NCBI RefSeq assembly: GCF_003334315.1
Contig: NZ_QOWR01000046.1
Strand: one strand, 5' to 3'
Origin: Escherichia coli
Lineage (GTDB): Bacteria; Pseudomonadota; Gammaproteobacteria; Enterobacterales; Enterobacteriaceae
Length of the DNA stretch: 38,030 nucleotides
The notes beneath the pieces are model-generated. The model was not told where the DNA came from and did not search any database. It saw only the letters and a list, made by a program, of their open reading frames with translations. This document shows, in pieces, positions 11,293 to 23,691 of this stretch (within the stretch, counting starts at the first letter, position 1; every line of letters starts with the position of its first letter). A program made the position numbers and the translations under genes.

Positions 11293-13270
11293 GATGGTTT
11301 ATCCGTAAGATCAACGGTGCGCAGGAAGAAATCCAGCGTTTCGTCGATGGTTTCCTGCATATCAATTTTCGGCTCCCAGTCCAGGCAGCGGTGGGCATTG
11401 CGGATGCTCGGTTTACGATGCTCTACGTCCTGATATCCTTTGCCGTAGTAGCTGCTACTTTCGACAACGCGAAAGCCCGCAAACGGTGGGAAATGATGGC
11501 GCAGCGGATGTTTTTCGAAGCTCGCCAGCAGCATCTCGCCCAGTTCCTCAATGCTCGCTTCGTTCTCAGGATTGCCAATGTTGATAATTTCACCGTCGCA
11601 GCGATTTCCCGCATTTTCGATAATGCGGTATAACGCCTCGATACCATCGCGAATATCAGTAAAGCAGCGTTTTTGTTTTCCGCCATCAATCAGCTTAATC
11701 GGTGAACCTTCTACCAGATTGAGAATGAGTTGCGTAATAGCGCGGGAGCTGCCGATTCGTGCCGCATTAAGGTTATCCAGTCGCGGTCCCATCCAGTTAA
11801 ACGGGCGGAAGAGGGTGAACTGTAAACCCTCTTTTTCGCCATAGGCCCAGATCACCCGATCAAGTAATTGTTTTGATACCGAATAAATCCAGCGTGGTTT
11901 ATTCACCGGGCCGACGATTAAATTAGAATGGTCCTCATCGAAGTATTTATCGCTACACATCCCATAAACTTCTGAAGTTGACGGGAAGATGATTCGCTTA
12001 CGGTACTTCACGCAGTAGCGGATAATGCGCAGATTCTCTTCAAAATCGAGTTCAAATACGCGCAGCGGGTTGCGGGTATATTCAATCGGCGTGGCTATCG
12101 CCACCAGCGGCAAGACGACATCACATTTTTTGACGTGATACTCAATCCATTCGGAATGAATACTGATATCGCCTTCAACAAAGTGAAAATGCGGATGATT
12201 CAGAAAACGGCTTATCGCATCACTGCCAATATCCAGACCGTAAACTTCATAATGATCTTCGCGCAGCAGGCGTTCTGTCAGATGGTTGCCAATAAAGCCA
12301 TTCACCCCGAGGATGAGTACCCGGGTACGGCGTCGGGCGGTGCAGGCAGGCTGGCTATTCAAGCGTGAACCTTGCACCAGGCCCAGCGTCTGCGCTAATT
12401 GCGAGCCCTGCATAGTAATGCCGTCGCCCGCCTGTCCGGTGACGATTTCCAGCGCGCCATCGCCACAGGCAATCAGCAGTGGCGCAACAGAAATCACGCT
12501 CCCCGGCTGTGCTTTGCTGGCATGAGGATGAACACGCGACGACCAGACGGTGAATTTCTGATTGCCAACATAGCTGAAGGCACCCGGCCACGGATCGGCA
12601 ACGGCACGTACCATGTTGTGCAGTACGGATGCCGGTTTATGCCATTCAAGGAAACTGTCATCCGGCGTTCTGCGACCAAAACAGGTGGCTTCGTTTTCGC
12701 GCTGGGCGATTTCCAGAATATTACCGTGTTTAATGGCGGGTAATGTCTGTTCCAGTAGCTGGCGCGCGGCATGGCACAATTTATGATGCAGCGTAATAGC
12801 GATATCGTCTGGCGCAATGGCAATGCGCAGTTGCGCCACAATGGCCCCGGCATCGGCACGTTTCACCATTCGGTGCAATGTAACGCCAGTTTCCGTTTCA
12901 CCGTTGACCAGCACCCAGTTCAGCGGCGCGCGACCACGATATTTTGGTAACAGCGAACCATGCAGATTAAATGCACCTGCGGGAGCGAGCTGCAAAATTT
13001 CGTCGCAAATAAGATGGCGATAATAAAAAGAGAAAATCACATCTGGCGACAGTTGGGCAATGCGTTCCACCCACAGCGGATGATTAACGTCATCCGGCGC
13101 ATAAACCGGAATGCCTCTTTCCGCTGCCAGACGAGCCACCGAACCATAAAAGGCTTTTTCACCGGGATTATCGGTATGGGTAAAAATGGCGCTAATTTCG
13201 TAACCGGCAGCCAGCAGAGCTTCAATACCGAGGCATCCCATATCGTGGTAGGCAAAAACGACGGTTTTCA

Positions 13271-13271
<1 letters not shown>
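11289..13271 (-). CDS. arnA: Bifunctional UDP-glucuronic acid decarboxylase / UDP-Ara4N formyltransferase
   Basis: 660-aa ORF with N-terminal formyltransferase and C-terminal NAD-dependent epimerase/dehydratase ([10 protein letters not shown] Rossmann motif). Confidence 0.93.
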
Positions 13272-14242
<971 letters not shown>

Positions 14243-15400
14243 TTATTGTCCTGCGAGTTGCTGAAGGGCTGTGATGACATGGTCGGCATCGGCGGTAGTC
14301 ATATCCGGGAACAGCGGCAAAGAACAGATGCGTTCGCTATTCCATTCGGTATTCGGTAACGACAGCGTGGGAAAACGCTCGCGATAATATTTTTGTGTGT
14401 GAGCGGCGCGGAAATGTAACCCGGTACCAATGCCTCTTTCTTTTAACGCTTCCATCAACGCATCGCGACTGATACCACAACGTTGTTCATCGACACGAAT
14501 AATAAACAGATGCCAGGCGTGAACGTGCGGCCAGGCGGGAAGGCTTAATGGCTGAAAGGGGAGAGCTGCCAGTGCTTGCTGATATTGCTGGGCAATTTCG
14601 CGCCGACGGGTGTTGAGGTGCTCTAATTTGACTAACTGTGTCAGGGCAATCGCGGCGTTAATATCGGTCAGATTGTACTTATAGCCCGGTGTTAAGACTT
14701 CAGCCTGCGGTGCACGGCCCCAGGTTTGTCTGTCATAGGCATCGACACCCAGACCGTGAAATTTCAGCATCCGTAGCTGGCGGGCAAGGTTTTCATTATC
14801 AGTTACAATCAGGCCACCTTCAGCACAGGTAATATTTTTAATGGCATGAAATGAAAAAATAGCGGTACCTTTTGCGCCAATATGTCGCCCTTTGTAATAC
14901 GTACCGACGGCATGGGCAGCATCTTCGATAACTGCGATGCCGTAACGTTCGCCAATGGCGCGAATGGCGTCAATATCTGCTGGCGCACCGGCATAATGCA
15001 CCGGAATGATGGCTTTAGTGCGTGGCGTAATGGCTGACTCGATAGCTTCAGGCGTGACCATCAGCGTATCGCGGTCGACATCCACCATTACCGGCGTTGC
15101 ACCCAACAAGGAAATCATATTGAGGGTTGAAACCCAGGTCAGGGAAGGCGTAATCACTTCATCGCCCTTGCCAATTTTCAACGCCATTAGCGTGATATGC
15201 ATTCCGGCGGTGGCTGAACTGACCGCGATGGCATGCTGATTTCCCGTCAACTGGCAAAAAGCTTGCTCAAGCGCCTGATTCTTCGGACCGGTTGTGATCC
15301 AACCGGATTCGAGAACCTCTTTAACTGCAGCGAGTTCCTCCACGCCCATTGCTGGTCGCGAAAAAGGCAAAAATTCTGACATTGCTTTTCCTTCCGCCAT
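14243..15400 (-). CDS. arnB: UDP-4-amino-4-deoxy-L-arabinose--oxoglutarate aminotransferase (PLP-dependent)
   Basis: ORF 14243..15415; start chosen at the [13 protein letters not shown] (15400, 385 aa); alternative ATGs at 15415 and 15382, the latter with the best Shine-Dalgarno (GGAAGGA). Confidence 0.85.
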   Translation of the reverse strand: MAEGKAMSEFLPFSRPAMGVEELAAVKEVLESGWITTGPKNQALEQAFCQLTGNQHAIAVSSATAGMHITLMALKIGKGDEVITPSLTWVSTLNMISLLGATPVMVDVDRDTLMVTPEAIESAITPRTKAIIPVHYAGAPADIDAIRAIGERYGIAVIEDAAHAVGTYYKGRHIGAKGTAIFSFHAIKNITCAEGGLIVTDNENLARQLRMLKFHGLGVDAYDRQTWGRAPQAEVLTPGYKYNLTDINAAIALTQLVKLEHLNTRRREIAQQYQQALAALPFQPLSLPAWPHVHAWHLFIIRVDEQRCGISRDALMEALKERGIGTGLHFRAAHTQKYYRERFPTLSLPNTEWNSERICSLPLFPDMTTADADHVITALQQLAGQ

Positions 15401-15480
15401 TGAATACCTGTCCACTTATATTTGCTATAAAGAGTGTTGTGTATATTTTGCCATTTGGAGCGAAATTTTAAGGATAGAAT

Positions 15481-15497
15481 ATTAACTTAACCTTAAG
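15481..15497 (-). promoter_or_regulatory. Candidate PmrA (BasR) box upstream of arnB: CTTAAG-N5-GTTAAT direct repeat on the minus strand
   Basis: Minus-strand sequence CTTAAGGTTAAGTTAAT about 80-95 bp upstream of the arnB start; matches the YTTAAK-N5-YTTAAK consensus except for one position in the second half-site. Confidence 0.5.
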
Positions 15498-15689
15498 AAA
15501 CTAATATTAGACGTAAATATTGAAATTTTTATATTTTTTCTTATTTAGGCTTTGCATTTGGCAAAATTTTGAGGCATTTTGCCGACATCGTAGGATTTTT
15601 AATATTACACCAACTGCGAATTATCGCCAGAAATGTAGCTCAATTTCACGGTAATTGTCTGGTTGCGCTTGTCTATAGGTGGAGTTTAC

Positions 15690-16292
15690 GTGTTAGCTTT
15701 TTGCCGCTCTTCGTTGAAGTCAAAAAAATATATCATCATTTTACTGGCGCTCGCTGCAATTGCCGGACTGGGTACTCATGCCGCCTGGAGTAGCAATGGT
15801 TTGCCACGTATCGACAATAAAACACTGGCCAGACTGGCACAGCAGCACCCGGTTGTCGTTTTGTTTCGTCATGCTGAACGTTGCGACCGTTCAACCAATC
15901 AATGCTTGTCAGATAAAACAGGTATTACGGTTAAAGGTACCCAGGATGCCCGTGAACTGGGCAACGCTTTTAGTGCTGATATCCCTGATTTCGATCTTTA
16001 TTCCAGTAATACCGTCCGGACCATTCAGTCGGCTACCTGGTTTTCAGCGGGTAAAAAATTGACGGTAGATAAACGACTTCTTCAGTGCGGTAATGAGATT
16101 TATAGTGCAATTAAGGACTTACAAAGCAAAGCGCCTGATAAAAATATCGTTATTTTCACCCATAATCATTGCCTGACATATATTGCTAAAGATAAGCGTG
16201 ACGCGACATTTAAACCTGATTATCTGGATGGTTTAGTCATGCATGTAGAAAAAGGCAAAGTTTATCTGGATGGGGAATTCGTTAACCACTAA
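15690..16292 (+). CDS. ais: Ais protein (PmrG-like, putative lipopolysaccharide core heptose(II)-phosphate phosphatase; histidine phosphatase fold)
   Basis: 200 aa from GTG at 15690 preceded by TAGGTGGAG; signal peptide-like N-terminus; RHAER motif. Confidence 0.85.
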   Translation: MLAFCRSSLKSKKYIIILLALAAIAGLGTHAAWSSNGLPRIDNKTLARLAQQHPVVVLFRHAERCDRSTNQCLSDKTGITVKGTQDARELGNAFSADIPDFDLYSSNTVRTIQSATWFSAGKKLTVDKRLLQCGNEIYSAIKDLQSKAPDKNIVIFTHNHCLTYIAKDKRDATFKPDYLDGLVMHVEKGKVYLDGEFVNH

Positions 16293-16303
16293 ATTTTCAA
16301 TCT

Positions 16304-16323
16304 GACAGCCAGTAATGGCTGTC
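16304..16323. terminator. Hairpin gacagcca-gtaa-tggctgtc between the convergent ais and nudI genes
   Basis: 8-bp perfect inverted repeat with a 4-nt loop; weak flanking U-tracts. Confidence 0.35.
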
Positions 16324-16330
16324 ATCATTG

Positions 16331-16756
16331 TTACAGAAGACCTTTCAAACGTAACGTTTTTCGGGTGGCGACATTCAAATCATAATGCACCAGATCTTCA
16401 GGTTTTACCCACGCGTAGTCCTGAAACTCTTCGTTTATTTTCACTTCTCGGTTGGCAGAAACGCAGTCAAAAATCAGGTAAATCATATAAATCTCTTCCT
16501 TGCGACCATCTGCATACGTCTTGGTGCGAATATCATCGCTGAAGGTCCACGGCGTGATTTCTGTCAAAAGCAGCTGTTCTCCCAGTTCTTCGCGAATTTC
16601 GCGGCGTAGTGCCTCTTCAATTCGTTCGCCAGGCTCCACGCCGCCACCCGAAATCGCCCATTGACCGGGGAAAACGCCGCGATCGTCGGCCATTTTGCAC
16701 AGCAAATAAGCACCATCATTTTGAATCAAAGGGCATACAATAGTCCGTTGTCGCAC
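16331..16756 (-). CDS. nudI: Nudix hydrolase (nucleoside triphosphatase NudI)
   Basis: 141 aa from GTG at 16756; Nudix box [23 protein letters not shown]. Confidence 0.88.
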
Positions 16757-17035
16757 AGGAGTATTCCTTATAAATAAAAAAGAAACCATGAGAATACGGT
16801 AACTCAGAAATATGTGAAAGTGACAGTAATCTCTTTTGCGATGATAACTGCACTTATTATTATTTTTGTGTGTATCGATAAAGTGTGTTTATTTTTTCGG
16901 CGTTTAATTATTTAAGAAGTATTTAGTTACAATAAGTGACTAGATCCCTTTTTTCGCTCATTGAATCCTCTGTGCCAGGCAGTACAATCCCGCAGCTTTG
17001 GGAATTTTGATTAATTGCTTGTGGGAAAGGGGATA

Positions 17036-17578
17036 ATGAAAAAAATTGCGCTAGCAGGTCTGGCCGGAATGCTGTTGGTTTCTGCATCGGTCAATGCAAT
17101 GAGCATCAGCGGCCAGGCGGGTAAAGAATACACCAATATTGGTGTCGGTTTTGGGACTGAAACGACGGGCCTGGCGTTAAGCGGTAACTGGACACATAAC
17201 GACGACGACGGTGATGTCGCTGGCGTGGGGCTGGGGTTGAATCTGCCTCTCGGGCCGTTAATGGCGACCGTTGGCGGAAAAGGCGTTTACACCAACCCGA
17301 ATTACGGCGATGAAGGTTATGCCGCAGCGGTAGGAGGTGGTTTGCAGTGGAAAATTGGCAACAGCTTCCGTTTGTTTGGCGAGTATTACTACTCTCCGGA
17401 TTCGCTCTCCAGCGGTATTCAAAGTTATGAAGAAGCGAATGCTGGCGCGCGTTACACCATTATGCGTCCAGTCAGTATTGAGGCGGGTTATCGCTACCTG
17501 AATCTGTCGGGTAAAGACGGTAACCGCGACAACGCCGTGGCTGACGGCCCGTATGTTGGGGTTAACGCCAGTTTCTGA
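17036..17578 (+). CDS. yfaZ: Outer membrane protein YfaZ (predicted beta-barrel, signal peptide)
   Basis: 180 aa from ATG at 17036 (MKKIALAGLAGMLLVSASVNA...), preceded by GGAAAGGGG; C-terminal aromatic residue. Confidence 0.85.
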   Translation: MKKIALAGLAGMLLVSASVNAMSISGQAGKEYTNIGVGFGTETTGLALSGNWTHNDDDGDVAGVGLGLNLPLGPLMATVGGKGVYTNPNYGDEGYAAAVGGGLQWKIGNSFRLFGEYYYSPDSLSSGIQSYEEANAGARYTIMRPVSIEAGYRYLNLSGKDGNRDNAVADGPYVGVNASF

Positions 17579-17612
17579 TCCCTTCCGGCGCGGCATTCTG
17601 TCGCGCCATTCA
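17579..17612 (+). terminator. Candidate hairpin (ggcgcg...cgcgcc) after yfaZ
   Basis: 6-bp GC stem with 9-nt loop followed by a T-containing stretch; weak. Confidence 0.3.
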
Positions 17613-17677
17613 GTTTCTTACTACGCCTTATCTCCCTTTGCGTTATAGTGATTCGATAACAAAAGCAGGAGATAACC

Positions 17678-18880
17678 ATGTTAAAAGTGGAAATGTTATC
17701 CACCGGGGATGAAGTGTTACACGGGCAAATCGTTGACACTAACGCTGCCTGGCTGGCCGATTTTTTCTTTCATCAGGGGTTGCCATTATCTCGCCGCAAT
17801 ACGGTGGGGGATAACCTTGATGACTTAGTCACCATTCTTCGCGAACGTAGTCAGCACGCCGATGTGCTGATCGTTAACGGCGGGCTGGGACCGACCAGCG
17901 ATGATTTAAGCGCACTCGCCGCTGCGACAGCAAAAGGTGAAGGCCTGGTGCTGCATGAAGCCTGGCTCAAAGAGATGGAACGCTATTTCCACGAACGTGG
18001 ACGAGTAATGGCACCGAGCAACCGTAAACAAGCGGAGCTGCCTGCCAGTGCTGAATTTATCAATAACCCGGTAGGCACCGCCTGTGGTTTTGCCGTGCAG
18101 CTTAATCGTTGCCTGATGTTCTTTACTCCCGGCGTACCGTCAGAATTTAAGGTGATGGTCGAGTACGAAATCCTGCCGCGCCTGCGCGAGCGTTTTTCTT
18201 TACCGCAGCCGCCGGTTTGTCTGCGTTTGACTACTTTTGGTCGTTCGGAAAGCGATCTGGCACAAAGCCTGGACACTCTACAACTGCCGCCGGGCGTAAC
18301 AATGGGCTATCGCTCCTCAATGCCTATCATCGAACTGAAACTCACCGGACCGGCAAGCGAGCAACAGGCGATGGAAAAACTGTGGCTGGATGTTAAACGT
18401 GTTGCCGGACAGAGCGTGATTTTCGAAGGCACTGAAGGACTGCCCGCGCAGATCAGTCGCGAATTGCAAAACCGCCAGTTCAGCCTGACGTTGAGCGAGC
18501 AATTCACCGGTGGTTTATTGGCTTTGCAACTTTCTCGCGCAGGTGCTCCATTGCTGGCGTGTGAAGTGGTTCCTTCACAGGAGGAAACCCTGGCGCAAAC
18601 TGCGCACTGGATTACAGAACGGCGGGCCAACCATTTTGCCGGGCTGGCACTGGCTGTTTCGGGTTTCGAGAACGAGCATCTCAACTTTGCGCTAGCCACG
18701 CCAGACGGCACTTTCGCTCTGCGTGTGCGTTTCAGCACTACGCGCTACAGCCTGGCTATCCGTCAGGAAGTGTGCGCAATGATGGCACTGAATATGCTGC
18801 GCCGTTGGTTAAACGGCCAGGATATCGCCAGTGAGCATGGCTGGATTGAGGTTGTTGAGTCCATGACCTTATCTGTCTGA
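17678..18880 (+). CDS. yfaY: CinA-like protein YfaY (competence/damage-inducible protein A family, molybdopterin-binding-like domain)
   Basis: 400-aa ORF, recognised CinA N-terminal domain sequence. Confidence 0.88.
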   Translation: MLKVEMLSTGDEVLHGQIVDTNAAWLADFFFHQGLPLSRRNTVGDNLDDLVTILRERSQHADVLIVNGGLGPTSDDLSALAAATAKGEGLVLHEAWLKEMERYFHERGRVMAPSNRKQAELPASAEFINNPVGTACGFAVQLNRCLMFFTPGVPSEFKVMVEYEILPRLRERFSLPQPPVCLRLTTFGRSESDLAQSLDTLQLPPGVTMGYRSSMPIIELKLTGPASEQQAMEKLWLDVKRVAGQSVIFEGTEGLPAQISRELQNRQFSLTLSEQFTGGLLALQLSRAGAPLLACEVVPSQEETLAQTAHWITERRANHFAGLALAVSGFENEHLNFALATPDGTFALRVRFSTTRYSLAIRQEVCAMMALNMLRRWLNGQDIASEHGWIEVVESMTLSV

Positions 18881-19099
18881 TTCCGCCACTCTGTGCCGGT
18901 TTACTGCACCGGCACATTCCCCCTCCGGCAAAATTTGTCCAACCTGTTGTACTCAATAAGAAAAAATCCGTGCGCTGATTCACAAATTTGTGCGTAATTT
19001 CTCCAGTCTGCTGGACGAGGAGCGGGATTTGATGCGCTTCACAATTTTACTCCCCCTGAGCAACGAGACTGATTCCAGTATCTAAGACTGGAGTCCAGT

Positions 19100-19882
19100 A
19101 TGTTGGAATCAAGCAAAGTTCCCGCCCTGACACGGGCTATTGATATTCTCAATTTGATTGCCCGCATTGGCCCCTGTAGTGCTGCGACGATCATTGACAC
19201 ATTGGGAATCCCTAAAAGCACGGCCTATTTGCTGCTTAATGAACTCAGGCGTCAGCGTTTTCTTAGCCTTGATCACCAGGAAAATTTTTGTTTGTGGACC
19301 AGGCTGGTGGAGCTTTCCGGTCATGCGTTAAGCAAGATGGATCTCCGGGAACTGGCTCGACCGCGTTTGACGCAACTGATGGATACCACCGGGCTGTTAT
19401 GTCACCTGGGGATTATTGATAACGGCAGCGCTTATTACATTTTGAAAGTGGAGTCATCAGCCACTATCAGCGTGCGTTCCCATGAAGGAAAAAGCCTTTC
19501 GCTTTATCGCTCCGGAATAGGTAAATGCCTGCTTGCCTGGCAACCTGCAGCGGTACAGCAAAGTATTATCGAAGGGCTGGTCTGGGAGCAGGCGACACCC
19601 ACAACGATTACTCATCCACAGCAACTTCACGAAGAACTGGCGCGTATTCGCCGTCAGGGCTGGAGCTATGACAACGGCGAAGATTACGCCGATGTCCGTT
19701 GTGTCGCTGCGCCGGTGTTTAACGCCAATAACGAGCTTACCGCTGCGATCTCGGTGGTCGGTACCCGCTTACAAATCAATGAAGAATACCGTGATTATCT
19801 GGCGGGCAAGGCCATTGCCTGCGCCAGGGATATTTCACGTCTGTTGGGATGGAAAAGTCCCTTTGACTTACAAGCCTCATAA
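19100..19882 (+). CDS. rhmR: IclR-family transcriptional regulator of the L-rhamnonate operon
   Basis: 260-aa ORF with N-terminal HTH ([12 protein letters not shown]) and C-terminal IclR effector domain. Confidence 0.88.
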
Positions 19883-19896
19883 CAATGGAGAACATC

Positions 19897-21102
19897 ATGA
19901 CCCTACCAAAAATTAAACAGGTTCGCGCCTGGTTTACTGGCGGTGCGACAGCAGAAAAAGGCGCTGGCGGCGGTGATTATCACGACCAGGGGGCGAATCA
20001 CTGGATAGACGATCATATTGCCACCCCGATGAGTAAATACCGCGATTACGAGCAGTCACGCCAGTCATTTGGCATTAACGTTCTTGGCACGTTGGTTGTT
20101 GAAGTCGAAGCAGAAAACGGCCAGACCGGATTCGCCGTTTCGACAGCCGGTGAAATGGGCTGTTTTATTGTCGAAAAACATCTTAACCGTTTCATTGAGG
20201 GTAAATGTGTCAGTGATATCAAACTGATCCACGATCAAATGCTCAGTGCCACCCTGTATTACTCCGGCTCTGGTGGCCTGGTGATGAATACGATTTCCTG
20301 TGTCGATCTGGCTCTGTGGGATCTGTTCGGCAAAGTGGTCGGGCTTCCGGTTTATAAACTTTTAGGCGGCGCTGTTCGTGATGAGATTCAGTTCTACGCC
20401 ACAGGTGCGCGTCCGGATCTGGCAAAAGAGATGGGCTTTATCGGTGGCAAAATGCCGACGCACTGGGGGCCACATGATGGCGATGCGGGGATCCGCAAAG
20501 ATGCCGCTATGGTCGCGGATATGCGTGAAAAATGCGGTGAGGATTTCTGGTTAATGCTCGACTGCTGGATGAGTCAGGACGTGAACTATGCGACCAAACT
20601 GGCCCACGCTTGCGCGCCCTATAACCTGAAATGGATCGAAGAGTGCCTGCCGCCACAGCAGTATGAAAGTTATCGCGAACTGAAACGCAACGCGCCAGTC
20701 GGAATGATGGTCACCAGCGGTGAGCACCACGGCACACTGCAATCTTTTCGTACGCTTTCAGAAACCGGTATCGACATTATGCAGCCGGATGTTGGCTGGT
20801 GCGGTGGTTTAACCACGCTGGTGGAAATTGCCGCAATCGCCAAATCCAGGGGGCAACTGGTGGTGCCGCACGGTTCGTCTGTTTACTCTCACCATGCGGT
20901 GATCACCTTCACCAATACGCCATTCAGCGAATTCCTGATGACCAGCCCGGATTGTTCAACGATGCGTCCGCAGTTTGACCCGATTCTGCTCAATGAGCCG
21001 GTTCCGGTGAATGGTCGTATTCATAAATCAGTGCTTGATAAACCCGGTTTTGGCGTCGAACTCAATCGTGACTGCAATTTGAAACGCCCCTACAGCCACT
21101 AA
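19897..21102 (+). CDS. rhmD: L-rhamnonate dehydratase (enolase superfamily)
   Basis: Start at ATG 19897 (MTLPKIKQ...) with GGAGA Shine-Dalgarno 5 nt upstream; track ORF begins at 19885 (MENIM...) without an SD. Confidence 0.9.
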
Positions 21103-21158
21103 TCACTCCGGGCGTTGCTGTGACAACGGTAACGCCCACATATTCTAAGGAGCTTTTT

Positions 21159-22448
21159 ATGAGCACCGCTTTGCTTGACGCCGTGGTGAAGAAAAACCGT
21201 GTGCGTTTAATTCCGTTTATGTTGGCGCTGTATGTGCTGGCGTTTCTCGACCGTTCGAATATCGGTTTTGCCAAACAGACCTACCAGATTGATACCGGGT
21301 TGAGTAATGAAGCTTATGCGCTGGGAGCAGGCATTTTCTTTGTGGTATATGCGTTTCTGGGTGTTCCGGCGAATCTTTTGATGCGCAAACTGGGGGCCAG
21401 AACCTGGATTGGTACGACAACACTGCTGTGGGGATTTCTTTCGGCAGCCATGGCATGGGCCGATACTGAAGCGAAATTTCTGATAGTTCGCACTCTGCTT
21501 GGTGCTGCGGAGGCCGGATTTTTCCCTGGTATGATTTATCTCACCTCGCAATGGTTTCCGCAGCGTAATCGCGCCAGCATTATGGGGCTGTTCTATATGG
21601 GCGCACCGCTGGCGTTAACACTGGGATCACCGCTTTCCGGCGCGCTGTTGGAGATGCATGGATTTATGGGGCATCCCGGCTGGTTCTGGATGTTTGTGAT
21701 TGAAGGATTGTTGGCAGTCGGTGCTGGGGTATTCACATTCTTTTGGCTTGATGACACACCGGAGCAGGCACGTTTTCTGAGTAAACAAGAAAAAACGTTG
21801 CTTATCAATCAACTGGCAAGTGAAGAACAACAGAAAGTGACTTCTCGGCTGAGCGATGCGCTGCGTAATGGCCGAGTCTGGCAACTAGCGATTATCTACC
21901 TGACCATTCAGGTGGCGGTTTACGGATTAATTTTCTTCCTGCCGACCCAGGTTGCGGCATTGCTGGGAACAAAAGTGGGCTTTACAGCGTCGGTGGTCAC
22001 CGCCATTCCGTGGGTTGCGGCCTTGTTTGGGACCTGGCTTATTCCGCGCTATTCCGATAAAACCGGCGAACGGCGTAATGTCGCAGCGCTGACATTACTG
22101 GCGGCGGGCATTGGTATTGGTCTGTCCGGGCTGCTTTCTCCAGTAATGGCGATCGTAGCGCTGTGTGTTGCAGCTATCGGGTTTATTGCCGTGCAGCCAG
22201 TGTTCTGGACGATGCCGACACAACTGCTTTCCGGTACGGCGCTGGCTGCGGGAATTGGTTTTGTAAACCTGTTTGGTGCAGTGGGCGGGTTTATTGCCCC
22301 GATCCTGCGCGTGAAAGCAGAAACGTTATTTGCCAGCGATGCGGCGGGATTACTGACGCTGGCAGCGGTGGCGGTCATCGGTTCGCTGATTATTTTCACT
22401 CTGCGTGTAAATCGCACTGTTGCGCAGACCGACGTGGCACATCATTAA
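21159..22448 (+). CDS. rhmT: MFS transporter, inner membrane L-rhamnonate transporter
   Basis: 429 aa from ATG 21159 preceded by TAAGGAG; 12-TM-like hydrophobic profile. Confidence 0.9.
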   Translation: MSTALLDAVVKKNRVRLIPFMLALYVLAFLDRSNIGFAKQTYQIDTGLSNEAYALGAGIFFVVYAFLGVPANLLMRKLGARTWIGTTTLLWGFLSAAMAWADTEAKFLIVRTLLGAAEAGFFPGMIYLTSQWFPQRNRASIMGLFYMGAPLALTLGSPLSGALLEMHGFMGHPGWFWMFVIEGLLAVGAGVFTFFWLDDTPEQARFLSKQEKTLLINQLASEEQQKVTSRLSDALRNGRVWQLAIIYLTIQVAVYGLIFFLPTQVAALLGTKVGFTASVVTAIPWVAALFGTWLIPRYSDKTGERRNVAALTLLAAGIGIGLSGLLSPVMAIVALCVAAIGFIAVQPVFWTMPTQLLSGTALAAGIGFVNLFGAVGGFIAPILRVKAETLFASDAAGLLTLAAVAVIGSLIIFTLRVNRTVAQTDVAHH

Positions 22449-22465
22449 ATAGGTTAAGGAACACG

Positions 22466-23269
22466 ATGAACGCATTATTAAGCAATCCCTTTAAAGAACG
22501 TTTACGCAAGGGCGAAGTGCAAATTGGTCTGTGGTTAAGCTCAACGACTGCCTATATGGCAGAAATTGCCGCCACTTCTGGTTATGACTGGTTGCTGATT
22601 GACGGGGAGCACGCGCCAAACACCATTCAGGATCTTTATCATCAGCTACAGGCGGTAGCGCCCTATGCCAGCCAACCCGTGATCCGTCCGGTGGAAGGCA
22701 GTCAACCGCTGATTAAACAAGTCCTGGATATTGGCGCGCAAACTCTACTGATCCCGATGGTCGATACTGCCGAACAGGCACGTCAGGTGGTGTCTGCCAC
22801 GCGCTATCCTCCCTACGGTGAGCGTGGTGTCGGGGCCAGTGTGGCACGGGCTGCGCGCTGGGGACGCATTGAGAATTACATGGCGCAAGTTAACGATTCG
22901 CTTTGTCTGTTGGTGCAGGTGGAAAGTAAAACGGCACTGGATAACCTGGACGAAATCCTCGACGTCGAAGGGATTGATGGCGTGTTTATTGGACCTGCGG
23001 ATCTTTCTGCGTCGTTGGGCTACCCGGATAACGCCGGGCACCCGGAAGTGCAGCGAATTATTGAAACCAGTATTCGGCGGATCCGTGCTGCGGGTAAAGC
23101 GGCTGGTTTTCTGGCTGTGGCTCCTGATATGGCGCAGCAATGTCTGGCGTGGGGAGCGAACTTTGTCGCTGTTGGCGTTGACACGATGCTCTACAGCGAT
23201 GCCCTGGATCAACGACTGGCGATGTTTAAATCAGGCAAAAATGGGCCACGCATAAAAGGTAGTTATTGA
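22466..23269 (+). CDS. rhmA: 2-keto-3-deoxy-L-rhamnonate aldolase (HpcH/HpaI aldolase family)
   Basis: 267 aa from ATG 22466 preceded by TAAGGAACACG. Confidence 0.9.
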   Translation: MNALLSNPFKERLRKGEVQIGLWLSSTTAYMAEIAATSGYDWLLIDGEHAPNTIQDLYHQLQAVAPYASQPVIRPVEGSQPLIKQVLDIGAQTLLIPMVDTAEQARQVVSATRYPPYGERGVGASVARAARWGRIENYMAQVNDSLCLLVQVESKTALDNLDEILDVEGIDGVFIGPADLSASLGYPDNAGHPEVQRIIETSIRRIRAAGKAAGFLAVAPDMAQQCLAWGANFVAVGVDTMLYSDALDQRLAMFKSGKNGPRIKGSY

Positions 23270-23309
23270 TATCAAAGGCCCATGGGGATCGGCTGTGGGC
23301 CTGTGTTAA

Positions 23310-23495
23310 TTAGTGGTTATTCGCTGCCAGATCGGCTTCGCTTAGCTGGGTGGCCGCGAGCACCTGGTCACGATCAAAGCCCTGTTCCAGCATGCGCAAA
23401 GCAATTTTAATGGCTTGTTCATGCAAACCTTCTAATTTACCTTCCTGCCAGCCAATTTGATGTCCTTCCTGCCGCAGCCGTTCAGCAATAGTCAT
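23310..23495 (-). CDS. ypaA: Small protein YpaA: free-standing duplicate of the RpnB C-terminal tail (RpnS-like small protein)
   Basis: 61-aa ORF; AAGGAGAG Shine-Dalgarno directly after the rpnB stop codon; protein [19 protein letters not shown]...[16 protein letters not shown] nearly identical to the last 56 residues of RpnB. Confidence 0.75.
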   Translation of the reverse strand: MTIAERLRQEGHQIGWQEGKLEGLHEQAIKIALRMLEQGFDRDQVLAATQLSEADLAANNH

Positions 23496-23691
23496 TAATC
23501 TCTCCTTTTAATGACAGTTCGGAATATCAGCATCAGTGAGTTGGGTTGTCGCCAGCACAATCTCACGTTCAAAGCCCTGCTCCAGCATGCGCAAAGCAAT
23601 TTTAATGGCTTGTTCATGCATACCTTCCTGCCAGCCAATTTGATGCCCTTCCTGCCGTAGCCGTTCAGCAATAGTCATTAATCTCTCCTTT
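23313..23691. repeat. Tandem direct duplication (about 180-195 bp unit) of the rpnB 3' end including its internal SD and ATG; copies at about 23313-23509 and 23511-23691 with a 12-bp indel
   Basis: Long identical runs in both copies, e.g. ccagcatgcgcaaagcaattttaatggcttgttcatgca and ttcagcaatagtcattaatctctcctttt. Confidence 0.85.

Noticed and set aside
18892-18914. Hairpin gtgccggt-ttactgc-accggcac after yfaY
   Set aside because: Good 8-bp stem but followed by attccccc rather than a T-tract; function as an intrinsic terminator is unsupported.
23270-23309. Short hairpin (aggccca...tgggcct) between rhmA and ypaA as a bidirectional terminator
   Set aside because: 7-bp stem with a 13-nt loop and no U-tract; too weak to call.
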